Assembly (NCBI GenBank): GCA_951406725.2
Contig: OX597833.1
Coordinates: 37,386,001 to 37,450,000 of the forward strand
Reading direction: 5' to 3'
Source: Octopus vulgaris
Lineage: Eukaryota
DNA: 64,000 nucleotides
The translations under genes were made by a program, and so were the position numbers. Every line of letters starts with the position of its first letter. Position 1 is the first letter of the stretch. Positions 31,889-44,289 of this stretch are shown one piece after another. The notes under the pieces are model-generated. The model was not told where the DNA came from. It did no database searches and was given only the letters and a program-made list of their open reading frames with translations.

Positions 31889-33166
31889 TGTGTGTGTGTG
31901 TGTTCGCGGCGTATGTGTATATATGTGATCTAAGAGTCTTCACACACAAGACATACAATCAAACAGTACTTAAACCAAAGGCTGATTTCAAGCTACCCAC
32001 TCAGAAAATATGATTGAATTTTGATATCTAGTAACTTAACGCGGTTGTGAGAGAATACTCGCCTCTCGGAACAGTTCTTTCAAATTATCTGCAGGGTAGG
32101 GAAACCCAAAGAAGGTTCATACGACGGTTTTTAAAATACAAAAAGAGGGAACACACACACACACATTTATTTGTGTAGGTGTTTGTGTGATACATGATTT
32201 CGTTGTTTAGGAAATTATCATTTGAATGAGAGAGAGAGAGAGAAGGGGGAAGACCAATAACAATAGATTCACAAAAACATAACATTAAAAGAAATAAAAG
32301 GTCAATGACGTTAATAACCATATGAGACATAAGGCACACAGTCTTCTAAAACATATTTTTTAATCTTGTTTCAGGGTTTAGACTGCGGCCATGCTGGAGC
32401 ACTGCCTCGAAGAAATTTAGTCGAACTAATCGACCACAGTACTTATTTCCTTTTTAAGCATGGTACTTAATGCGTGACACACGCACATTATATATATAAT
32501 ATATATATATATATATATGGATCTATACAGGCGGGGAAGTAAAAGTGACAAATGCAAACAAAGAATTATAATAATAATAATAAATAAAAATTTTCTCATT
32601 CGAGAAATTATACGAAGCCTAACACGTGCAAAGGGCCGACGGAGAAAGCCTTTTGTTGTCGTAATCCCTACTTCCACGCAATCCCTTCTTCCATATCACA
32701 TACACCCTTATATCTACACTACTCTTCTGCACGCGCGCTCTTTAAAACAGTACACGCACTTACAGCTAGTATATATTTAGTCGTTTACGTTATATAAACA
32801 TATTTTCATGCATATATGAGTATGTATTCTCCTTCTAATTTCTTCTATGGTTGGTTGGATCGTCTATCTGGTTGATTCGTATACGTATTTTAATTATATG
32901 TGGTGGAGTGTGTGCGTGTGTAGATAAAACATGTGTATGACAATCGGTCTACTAGTACAGTATTTAAAGAATTTGGAGTTGTTAGGTATGCACCAGCACA
33001 GATCTATACAGGGGTGTGTACATTATATACACAAGTATGTATTATTCCCGTGTGGTATATGAGTTTATATATAAATCAGATACTAGAGACGTACAGATGA
33101 AAGAGAATAGCAGATATTACTAGGTGATTAATATGACCTTTGTTTATAGACCTCTCTCTCTCTCTC

Positions 33167-33203
<37 letters not shown>

Positions 33204-33458
33204 GTACTAGTATCGTAGACTGGTCCCCATATATATATATATAGTGTGTGTGTATTGGATGTCGGTTTCGTGTATTTGTATGTACATACTCAAACCTTGT
33301 TTGGAAAATATTTAAATATTTGTGCATACCTTTCTTGCATATAAACGTTAGTTAACATGTAAGAATGTTTCATACAAATATGTATGTTTGTGAAAATCAC
33401 ATATATATATATTTAAATCAAACAAATAAAAAGGTAGTAAATGACAATGAATGCTAAC

Positions 33459-33522
33459 CTTTTACCATAACATAATTTTCCAGTAAAAGCAGGCAGAGAA
33501 CGAGCAGTATTCCATTCGCCAT
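33459..33522 (-). CDS. First coding exon (signal peptide) of the Ig-domain gene
   Basis: gcagccATGg Kozak context. Translation MANGILLVLCLLLLENYVMVK+G. Phase-1 donor AAAG|gttagc joins the phase-1 Ig exon to give ...VKG/QDFRLD, a plausible signal-peptidase site. Confidence 0.75.
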
Positions 33523-33599
33523 GGCTGCAAGATGTGAAATGCGAGCGGGGAGAGAGAGAGTGTATATATATATGAGCGACGGTTGTGTCAATTTTTATT

Positions 33600-33860
33600 A
33601 TTGTTGTACTAATTGTTGTTGCTGATGGTAGTCATTGTGGTTGCAGTGATAGGTGTGGTGATGAATGCAGTGGTGGTGGTGGTGGTAGCGGTGGTGGTAA
33701 CAGTGGCCTTCGTAGTGATAATGGTGGTGGTGGAGGAGGTGGTCATGTGCTGGTGGTGGTGGTGGTAGTGGTGGTAATGATGACGGTGGCGATGATAATG
33801 ATTGTGAGTGATAAGTAGTGGTAGTGACGGTGACAGAGACAGTCGTGGTGGTGGCTATTT
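33600..33860. repeat. (GGT)n-rich low-complexity tract
   Basis: Direct inspection. Confidence 0.85.
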
Positions 33861-34746
33861 TGCTAATGTATTTTTTTAAACTTTATTATATTTTAAAACT
33901 ATTTTTATGTTTATTTTTATTTTTTTTAAGGCATCCGCTTGTTACAATTGGTAAAAAAAAATGTAGTCAGAGTTAAATAAAATGAAAACCTCCACCACCA
34001 CCTATTGTTGTAAGGTGTGAATAAGAGTGAAAGTGGGAGACTTAGAGAGAGAAAGACTATTAGTTGTAGTGGTAGTAGAAATAGAGATATGCAGTGGATT
34101 TAAAAAAGAGTGGGGGGACAGACAAGAGAGGACAAAAAAAAGGAATAATAAAAATATATAGAGGTGATTGTAGAGATAGAGAGAGTGATAGAAAGAGAGA
34201 GAGAAAATAGAAATAGTAGCAAAAAAAGGTGGGGGTAAACAGAATGAAAGATTAAAAACAGGACGAAGGGAAAAGGAGAAGAAAATGAACGATGTTTATA
34301 CACAAGGGAAAATAAAAGGTAAAAACATAGAGGGAAATGGAGAGGAGAGAGAGTGCGTATGGGTATATGAGACAGAGAGAAACATAAAAAGCACAGATAG
34401 AAAATAGAGGAGTGCTATAGAGAATGGTGGTGGTAGCTGTAATCTTTATGGGAGTGGTGACAGGAGAAGAAAAAGGAGAGTATAGCGCAACATAGAAGGG
34501 GAAAGAAGGTAATGCAAGCGTAACGGGTTTTCATTTTACAACAGTAACACAGGTCAGATGAGTGATTGTTAGTGCTTAAGGTTTAAAACCGGCTCAATAA
34601 GACATAAGCTCACATATTAAATGAGCAGACGACCTCTTTGATGGAAGTTAATGGGCAGACTTTTCGATTTGGCAATGAAAATTGAAATAATAAAATATTA
34701 ACAAGAAGCCGTTTTTCAGTTGAACCTACTCTAATGATTGGACATT

Positions 34747-34803
<57 letters not shown>

Positions 34804-34959
34804 TTATGATTAGGCTAAACAACTATTCATTGATTCTTAATTCCAAAGAAATCATAATTAGATAAAGAAATCATTAAACGCACACAAAAATCATTATTAA
34901 TACTATTAGCTTCAAATGCCAAGTAGTATTTAATTGTGGCTATTTACATTTTAATTTCG

Positions 34960-36235
34960 AAGCCCTCCGAGATTAGCTTGCCTTTCATCATACCGCAATC
35001 GATAAAATAAACACCAGTCAAGTCCTCAGTCAATACAATCGACTACATCCCACAAAATGCATGACCCTATGCCTACACTAAAAATCAACCTCAAACGGCG
35101 TAAATTGTAAGAAACGTTAGAACACTAAGTAAAATGACTAACTGTATCATACAAATAAAAGGAGCTTCTTACACTGTCGTTTGATCTGCTAGAAGTAGCA
35201 GTCAAAATCTCTCTCAAATCATACACTATCGTTTTAAAATAGAACATGTTAGATAAAGTAGACCTGTGATCCCTGTAAAAAGAAAAAAGACAGGATGGCC
35301 ACAGCTAGAGAACCTTCGTGGGAAGGTTGTTTTGGGATTTATAAGTAAATTGCGGTGTGCACGTTTTCAGGCAGCTGTGGTTAGATTTGTCATCGTTATT
35401 TGGAGCAGTGTCAATTGGCTGAATACTAGGGACAATTTAATCCCCTCTACCCTCCTTCCGCGAGACTTTGTGCAAATATTAGAAATCAATATTTTTAGAT
35501 TCAAATCCCGTCAAGTTGAACTTTGGTTTTCATCCTTCCTGAGGTGATAAAATAAAGTACCAATCAAATCCTGAAGTCGATTTATTCAACTAAGCCTCCC
35601 ATTAAATTTTGGACCTTGTGCCTATGTTAGAAACAATCATTATTATGACAGTAAGCTGGCACAATCGTCAGCAAGCCGACAAAATGCTTCGCTGCATTTC
35701 TTCCAGCTATGCGTTCTGATTTCAAAAGTCAACTTTGCATTTCGTTCTTTCGGGGTCGATAAAATAAGTACCAGTTGGACACTGGGGTAGATGTAATTGA
35801 TTCATCCTCCCCTAAAATTGCTGGCCTTATACCAAAATTTGAACCCGTTATTATAATTATTATTATTGTTGTTGTTATTGTAAAGGAGAACCGGTAGAAC
35901 GTCAGATAAAATGTTGCAATATTTGTTCCGATAAAAACGGCCAGCTGGCAGAGTCGTTAAAGTTCCGTCGAAGTCGACTCTGCCCTTCATCCTTTGGGGA
36001 TCGATAAAATAAGTACAATCTGAACACTGAAGTCGATGTAATCGACTTACCCCATTCCCCGAACTTGCTGGATTAGTGCCAAAATTTGAAACCGATACTT
36101 GTTTCGGTTCTTCACACTCTGAGTTCAAATCCTGTTGACATCAAACTTTTGCCTTTCCTTCTTTCAGAGTCGATAAAATTCCAGTCAAGTATTGCCCCTC
36201 AAAATTGCTGGCCTTGAGCCGATATTAGAAATAAT
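34960..36235 (+). mobile_element. Cluster of about 5-6 SINE fragments in the same orientation
   Basis: Repeated core gcctttcatcctttcggggtcgataaaataagtaccag...aaattgctggccttgtgccaaaatttgaaac. Confidence 0.8.
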
Positions 36236-36605
36236 AATTATCATTGCGACTGGTTAGTTATATTCGCGTGTGGCTGCGTGAAAATGATAAAACAATACCA
36301 AGCAATCGTTTAACAGTAACTTTCATTTCATCGCACGAGTGATTTATTTAAGTTGGTCATGAATTATGAAGTTTCAACATCAGGTCAACACAATTGAAGA
36401 AAGAATTCTGGAGTATTCGCAATTAACTGATTAGAAAAAGCTCTTTACTGAAGTTTGCCAAAAAGAGGAGGAATTATACAAAGGATTGCTCTTATGCGCT
36501 TCGATAATTTCTCTTGGCACCCATCGCGCACAGACTTTACGGAAGCGATTTTATAGAAAGTACCAATCAAATCCTACAGTCGATGATTTCGTATGCAGAA
36601 CCATG

Positions 36606-38892
36606 CAGTGGCGAATCTACAATATTGGAGCCCTGAAGCTTAAAATGTTATGTGGGTCCCCTTTTAACATCCGGCTTGATACTGTTCTCATCAAATTCTG
36701 AATTGTTCATCAATTCTGAGAGAAACTTGAACCTTTTCGCAATCTGCTCACATGGGTCCATCCTCACGCTTAACTGGATTATCAAGCAGCCATAGACTTG
36801 ATTTAGAACACCTATCCTAAATTTTTCAGCTCCTTTCAAAGAAACCCTATCGCTTGTTCTATCTGCAAATTTATTTGTAACAACACGTTTGGAAACATCA
36901 GAATAATTTGAAGTGATATATTCACGTAAACTTTTTGCTACTGATTCATAGTGTGCAATCCTGTCGGCTGAATTTTACCGTAGTTCTTGAACAAATGAAA
37001 GCAAAGATGCGAGCAGAAGGTAGCCTTCAAATACATCAAAACCAGGGATTTGGAGTTTCTTACTTGTTTTCTTAAAACGCTCCATAACTTCTTCCCAAAC
37101 AACTGTTAAAACAGCATATTCCAATTTTTACCAACTTGTGGTATAAATTCTTTGATCACGCTTTGATTCAGACATCTCTTCTGAGTCTTTATACATGTTT
37201 GAGAGCTTGTAAAATATCCCTACATCCATTTTTAATTGCCTAGACTGCTTCATTAGTATGCAGACCATCTAGTTACACTTAAGCTCTTTAGAGAAAAAGC
37301 TAGATTGGTCTGTGTGTTCAAAATTCTCCGTATTCGAAGAGATCCAGAAAAGAAAACATACAGCTGCTGCAAGATGCCAAAATAGTCAATAACTTCAGGC
37401 ACAGTAGACACTGCCTTTTACCAAACAAGGTGAGTGAATGGCTTCCACATGGCACATAGTCTACATAGCTGTTAATGTTTTTAAGAAGTGCTTGCAGCCC
37501 TTTCTCCGAGCCCTTCATGTTGGAAGCATTATCGTACGACTGACCACGGATATTGCTATTTTGTTGAACAAGGTCGTGGATGAATGGTTTTCTTTTGGCA
37601 AAAATGTAAAAAATCTCAGACACAGGGTTTTCCATTATAACAGTATCGAATCACAATTACCAGCTGGTCAACATGCGTTATATCAGGTGTAAAGCCAACA
37701 ATAATTGAGTAGTATTTGATGTCTAGGTTGTTGATCTGCTTCACCACTTCATCTTTCACATGTTTTCCCATGATTTCTATCCATTATGCATACACAGATT
37801 TAGATAGGTACGTAATATTTACTTTTTCATTTTTACATTTCTCTAAATGTTCATGAAAATGGGTCAAACTCCGCAATAAGCTGAATGGCCCTCGTGAAAT
37901 TTCCATTGTTTGGGGAGCCCCACTTTTCCTAATGACCTCTAAATGCTAAGCCTCTTTCACTTAAAAACTTTATAACTGCTACAATTCTTTTTTAGTAATT
38001 CAAAATAGAACTGCATGTTTTTTCTCAACTGTTCCTAAAGTTGCTGATCCACAGTGTTTTTATTTGACTTTCGTGTTAGCCAACTCACCATCGCCATTAT
38101 GTTCCATGCTGTTTTCATGATTTTCTAGAGTTCTAAGTATATACATCCAACCAGAAAACCCACCCGTTATAAGTGATATTTGTCATTTAGAAAAGAGTTT
38201 GCTCTTTGAATAAACTAACCAGGATCTCATCACAGTCTGACAATTTTTCAAACTTTCTTTCAAAGTACTTGTTTGAGAAACTTTGATTTTACTGTTTGTA
38301 AATCTTGTTGGATTCAGTATACATTATCAGGGTTTTTTTTTTATTTTATAAAAATTCATGTCTCGCATTAAACAGTTTTGTATGAAATCATTATCAATTG
38401 TCACGGGCCAGTTTGCCAGGACACTGTATTCTTTGAAATCACTAAATTTGGTTCCTGTTTCCTGTTTCTGCTCTCTCTTTTCTCGAAGTTCTTGACCACC
38501 TTGATCATCATCTGCACCAAAAGTGTCACCAGTAGGTTGAATATTGCTAAACAGAGCACTCATGGTTTGCGCACTATCATTGACTTCACTGGTGCTTGCA
38601 TGGCTAGTTTCAGCTGCAGGCGATAACAAACTTTTACTTGACATTGTAAAATAATTTGATAGTTTTTGTCATTTAGATTGCTTTTCCTTGAGTTAGCGTT
38701 AAGTACTTTCTTGAATTAAGTACTTTCTTGAAGACATTGCTATTCATCTTGGGGTAATAGCAATATGCATAGCAAAATAAAAAAACAAAAAAATTGATAG
38801 AATGAAAAAATTAAGTTGCTTCAGAGGGGCCCTTCCGGGATTAGTGGCCCTGAAGCTTAAGCTTCATTAGTTTTATGGTAGATCCACCACTG
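36606..38892 (-). mobile_element. hAT DNA transposon with degenerate ZMYM/DUF4371-type transposase
   Basis: 15-bp TIRs CAGTGGCGAATCTAC / GTAGATCCACCACTG. Perfect 8-bp TSD GAACCATG (36598-36605, 38893-38900). Peptides GLAFRGH, RGQSYDNASNMKG and YVPCGSHSL. Confidence 0.95.
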
Positions 38893-39251
38893 GAACCATG
38901 ATTAATTTTCAGAGAATATGCAACCTCATCGCTGGTCACTTGTCAGTTCGTCAGAACCTTCTCTCGTCCTTGTTGAATCTTCCCGTCAGTGGTTCACGCT
39001 TATCCGGCCATTTTGAACCTTCTCCAGCCTCTTATATACACTTCTACGCGATAGAGCGCTGTCTTCGTATTGTACTGAAAGTCTGCAATGAATTTCAGCG
39101 TCTGACACGCCTTCAGCGAAGCAACCAAGACAGAAAACTGGAGTGATTCCGGTCAAACCATGGTCACATAACTACAAGAGTACCACCTTTTGGCACACAA
39201 ACACTGAAGGCAGTGTGTGATTGTGTGTATCTGCGTGTGTGCGTGTGTGCG

Positions 39252-39412
<161 letters not shown>

Positions 39413-39931
39413 GTGTAGAAAATAGTACTTGAATTTCAAAGGAAGAGCAAAATATTGCGTCCTGGTGAAGCTGAAAAACTTCACAAAGTGTTTACTCTAT
39501 ACTTTACGAAACTATTCTTACGAATCATTAGATAGAAACGAACTTTTGGAACATTATATTGGTTGTTCAAAAAGTGTAGTAAGGATCAGTTGGCAAATAA
39601 TCAAATAAAGATTTAAAAGCAGACTGGACAGGAGTGAGGCTTTCAAAAGTAATGGAATTTGTTCGATAACACAACTGATCGTTCACGAAGAGCAATATGT
39701 CATATAAATTCGACAGAAATGACAATAAATACAAGCGTTGAAGGAAACACTTAGTATTGGTATCGGGAACTAGTTACTGCCAAAGAAAACTTCCAGGCTG
39801 GGACCGCTTTAAAATTGAAGAAACATAGACGGAGCAAATCGACAATAAAATTAAAAGGGAAAAATAAGTAATAAAAATGAGGGCAAATGAATTTTTAGGT
39901 AAATAAATAGATGAATAATAGATTGGGAAAT

Positions 39932-41527
39932 TGTGGTGTTATGAGCCAGGCTGTGTTATAGGAAAGGATCGGAAGTGAGGGGGTAGGCAATGACCTGTTG
40001 GAAGTGGGGCCTGTGGATTCCACCGGAAGTGCCGCGGTGGACATGCGGCATCAGCGAAGCTCGTGGGGTCAGTCGACGGCGAACAGCACATCAGAGCGGA
40101 TGTGTGAGACTGTACAGCGACGGATAGGTCACGTGGATGTGGGGTGAACTTCGGAGATTGAGACAGCACGTGGATGTTGAAAGTGACCCTTTTTCTGGAC
40201 GACAGGTAAGACTTCCGTAATTCTCTCTTCGCTTCCGTCTTTTTCGTCCGTTACATCACAAGCTATTTCGGCTAAAAAAAAAATTATAGGTATGGTCCGT
40301 GTTTCGAATGAGACGGTTAGGCCATTTTGTGACGAGGGAGATGTGACCGCTTGCCTGCAAAAAATTAAGTTGGTGGCAAGACTCCAAAGTATAGATAATC
40401 TAGCGAGTTTAATACTGTTGTACCTCGATGGATCGGCGTTGGCGCTATACCTGGAAATGGAAGAGAAGGACCAGTTGAGCGTAGAAAAAATAGAAGGCTG
40501 ATGGAGGCTTTCACAGGCATATGGTTGACCGGGGAAAGCAAAGTGGATGGGCGAACAGGTCGATGTGTTTACCAACGAAATCAGGAGATTGGCTAGAGTC
40601 GTGTGATATAGAGATGGCGCATTAGAACAAACCGTAAAATTAGCCTTTGTGACAGGATTTCCTAACCACGTTTCGGTCGAGCTGCAAAAGCTGCCGAACA
40701 TTCACTCTATGGCAATGTGAAAAGGCATCATTGTACCATCAAGACCATAGCAGAGAGGGGCCACATCTCACCGGTCGAGGCCGTTTTTTTCTTTTTGGTA
40801 TAATATGCCGTCCAGGACGGGACAAGCTGAGGAGTCAGTGTCACACAGGGCAATATTCAAGTACGAGTGAAGGCATCCATGTACTGCATCGCCGCATCCC
40901 GCAGAAGAGAAAGAGCATGCCTTTGTGCAGGTCGGGAAAGAAGTCTGGGTTAAACCCCCAAATGCGCGGTGCACATCAAAGTGGGGAAAGGTGACAATAA
41001 CCTCTGTGAATTCGAGGAACAATGTATCCGTAGATGGCATGCCACGACATGTCTTGGTTGTGCGCAGGATCATCGCTGCGACGGAGGATGGGGCCAACAG
41101 TAATGGACAAGAGGACGAAGCCGGCAGGAACATGCCAGGAACTGAGGCCAGTCCTGAAGTCCCACGGCGGTCACAGAGGGAGCGGTGCCCTCCTCGCTTG
41201 TTGGCTGATTACGAGACAAGTTAAGGCGTGTGGTCGGGGTTGAGAAGAGGGCGTGGGCAGGCTGGTTGAATAATCTTCAGATGAGTGGGGGGCGTGTGTT
41301 GTTATGAGCCTGGCTGTGTTGTAGGGAAGGATCGAAAGTGAGGGAGTAGGTATGTCCTGTCGGAAGTGGGGCCTGTGGATTCCACCGGAAGTGCCGCGGT
41401 GGACATGCGGCATCAGCGAAGCACGAGGGGCCAGTCGACGGCGAACAGTACATCAGACCGGACGTGTGAGACTGTACAGCGACGGATAGAGCACGTGGAC
41501 GTGGAGTGAATCTTGGAGATCGAGACA
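39932..41527 (+). mobile_element. Internally deleted Ty3/Gypsy LTR retrotransposon
   Basis: 5' LTR 39932-40260 (TG...CA, tgtggtgtta/ttacatcaca). 3' LTR 41295-41527 is truncated and preceded by a G-rich PPT. Gag-like fragment (PFCDEGDV...LYLDGSALALY) and integrase-tail-like fragment (VWVKPP...PRRSQRERCPPRLLADY). Confidence 0.9.
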
Positions 41528-41701
41528 TTTAAGCGGCACTGTATGGAAGTAGATGGCATTTTTCTTTCTTAGAAATATAACATACGTTTCGTGGCTGGCC
41601 GCCGACAGATTTTTCTGCAAAATATGGGTAGTTTATCTTGTTCAAGCTATATTATTAGCATTATTAGCATTATTCGGCGTTTGAGAGTAAAATTATTTCC
41701 T

Positions 41702-41775
<74 letters not shown>

Positions 41776-41780
41776 ACTCT

Positions 41781-41875
<95 letters not shown>
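41702..41875. repeat. (TATC)n/(CT)n/(TA)n microsatellite
   Basis: Direct inspection. Confidence 0.97.
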
Positions 41876-41878
<3 letters not shown>

Positions 41879-42736
41879 GGTAAATCATTTTACCTTTGCC
41901 CATATAATACAGTAAGTGAATTGATTGCATCGCAATCCTTAACATTTATGTATTAACTTTGTTGGGTACTTCACTAGCAGTATATTGGATATATGTTATC
42001 CCATGGAGGGTTGCATTTACAACCCCTATCTCAATTTTTATATATATATATATATAATAAAAATAGGGTTCAGTAAAATAATTTACTTTACCACTCACCG
42101 AACTTTTTAGAAATAGCAGCCAAAAATTTTAGCTATTTCTTCTACTGTAAGAAAAATCTCCCAGACAATGCAAACTCAAAAATAACTCACACAGGTATAG
42201 AGGGAAAAATAACGAAAGAACACACCTATATAAGATTACCTGAGAACAGGCCCGTTTCTGATACGTTTTCGACTTAACAGTTGTTCCCGCAGAGTAAATT
42301 AAATAAAATTTGGGATTTTGCGGAGGGTCAAAGCTGGTAACAAAAACAAGACAGTGAAAACAGACAAGAAGGGCTGCTAAGCCTAGACGAGTTGAGTTGG
42401 TGAACGCGAAGAAACAAGCTCTGACAGGAGACAGACAAGAATGCGTCCAATCCCTGTGACTAATCAGAGAGAAAGAAGGAAATTCAAGTTAGGAGAAAAA
42501 AGATGGCCGACGGTCACGTGCGAGCTATGTATGTATGTATGTATGTATGGTCACAATGAGGATATTTAAACCTTTTATAGGTTTTATCCAAGAAACACTG
42601 GTTTAATATTGTATTATGAAGAGATATTTCTTCAATGAATATATTATATAAAATATCGTAAAATATCAAATATTATCGAGTTTGAAGCAGAAAGATCTAC
42701 TGGATACAAATTAATTTATTAATTAATTAACATATT

Positions 42737-42836
42737 CACCTACAATTGTTTCATTTCTCAACCCAAATTAAAACTACAAAACAAAAATATATAATTTTGC
42801 ATTTTAAAATACCTTGGAGGGAAAATCATCCGGGTG
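42737..42836 (-). ncRNA. Type-I hammerhead motif, outer unit, core-mutated copy
   Basis: CACC-CGGAUGA (U4>G)-long helix II-GAAAC-AAUU-GUA-GGUG. Confidence 0.55.
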
Positions 42837-42913
42837 CACAAAGGACAATATAAGGATTACATTATGATCCGTTGAGATATTCAGAATATATATAGTCCTG
42901 TTTATTATGTGCG

Positions 42914-42954
<41 letters not shown>

Positions 42955-42983
42955 CAAAAGAAAAACATGATGCAAAGGATTTA

Positions 42984-43071
42984 GCGGTACATATGTTTCT
43001 GGCTTTTATTAGACGGTTTATATCAATGCATAATTGATGTAATATGTATGTCAATAGCCTTCTTCAGCCGC
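42984..43071 (-). ncRNA. Type-I hammerhead ribozyme motif, inner unit, intact core
   Basis: GCGG-CUGAAGA-[aggcu...agcca]-GAAAC-AUAU-GUA-CCGC. Helix I is perfect and helix III is the palindrome ACAUAUGU. Confidence 0.75.
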
Positions 43072-43281
43072 GCACAATTACTGCTTCAAGGACATGTATT
43101 ACATTATAAGTTTGGGAATGGAAATCTTCGTAGTCGTCGAGTGAAAAACGGGACGGACGCTTTGTTTTTGTTTTGGTGCCTCGCTCTGTTGTACACGACT
43201 ATGAGGATTTGCATCCCCAACGTAAATCGTCTTTTTCCCAAACTTATAATGTAATACATGTCCTTGAAGTAGTAATTGTGC

Positions 43282-43369
43282 GCGGCTGAAGAAGGCTTTT
43301 GACATACATATTACATCAATTACGCATTGATATAAACCGTCTAATAAAAGCTAGAAACATATGTATCGC
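43282..43369 (+). ncRNA. Type-I hammerhead ribozyme motif, inner unit, second copy
   Basis: GCGG-CUGAAGA-[aggcuuuu...aaaagcua]-GAAAC-AUAU-GUA-UCGC, with a G-U wobble in helix I. Confidence 0.72.
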
Positions 43370-43471
43370 TAAATCCTTTGCATCATGTTTTTCTTTTGAT
43401 AAATATACTCTATCACCTACACCACTAACTGGCATATACAGGTGCTTACAATTATCAAGTATTCACCGTGA

Positions 43472-43514
<43 letters not shown>

Positions 43515-43622
43515 TGTGTGTGCGTGTGTGCGCGTGTGTGTATACGCTTACATATACATACACACATATATATTCTGAATATCTCAACGGATCATAATGT
43601 AATCCTTATATTCTCCCTTGTG

Positions 43623-43726
43623 TACACTGATGATTTTCCATCCAAGGTATCTTAAAATACAAAATTATATATTTATATATGTTTTGTAGTTTTAATTTTA
43701 GTTGAGAAATGAAACAATTGTTGGTG
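43623..43726 (+). ncRNA. Type-I hammerhead motif, outer unit, helix-I-damaged copy
   Basis: CUGAUGA-long helix II (uaaaauacaaaa/uuuuguaguuuua)-GAAAC-AAUU-GUU-GGUG. The 5' strand of helix I carries a small deletion. Confidence 0.55.
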
Positions 43727-43785
43727 AATATGTTAATTAATTAATAAAATTAATCTGTATCCATTAGATCTCTCTGTTTTCAAAC

Positions 43786-43837
<52 letters not shown>

Positions 43838-43871
43838 GAGAGGGGAGAGACAGACAGACAAACAAACAAGC

Positions 43872-43955
<84 letters not shown>

Positions 43956-44289
43956 CATAAGTGTTTTGTAAACTTTCGAGACAAGCTGAAACAAATTTTT
44001 TAATATCTCGAAGCACACACATAAAGCTATAAATATTAACATATGACTATTGGGTTCAAGAACCCTTTGGATGGAAAAAGTTGGTCTTTAGTATTAGGTA
44101 CATATTTGAAGAACTTCATTTTCTGAAGTTATTATGATCACATCTTAAAAAAAAAAAAGAAAGACAAAAAAAACAAACAATTCTAACGCAAGTGAATATA
44201 TTTTAAAGAAAAACTCATTTCGAAAACTTAACAGTGAAAACGAGTATGTCAATGCTTAAAAGTCACTTATTTAAGGGTCATTTTTACAA

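Larger units (their letters stand above)
42674..43791. repeat. Nested ~1.1-kb inverted repeat (foldback) built from two HHR-bearing units
   Basis: Outer arms ~42674-42893 / 43565-43791. Inner arms ~42946-43118 / 43235-43406. (TA)n tracts lie between inner and outer arms. Confidence 0.93.

Noticed and set aside
33585-33818. Gly-rich ORF with hydrophobic ends
   Set aside because: Product of the (GGT)n low-complexity tract, with no true ATG start.
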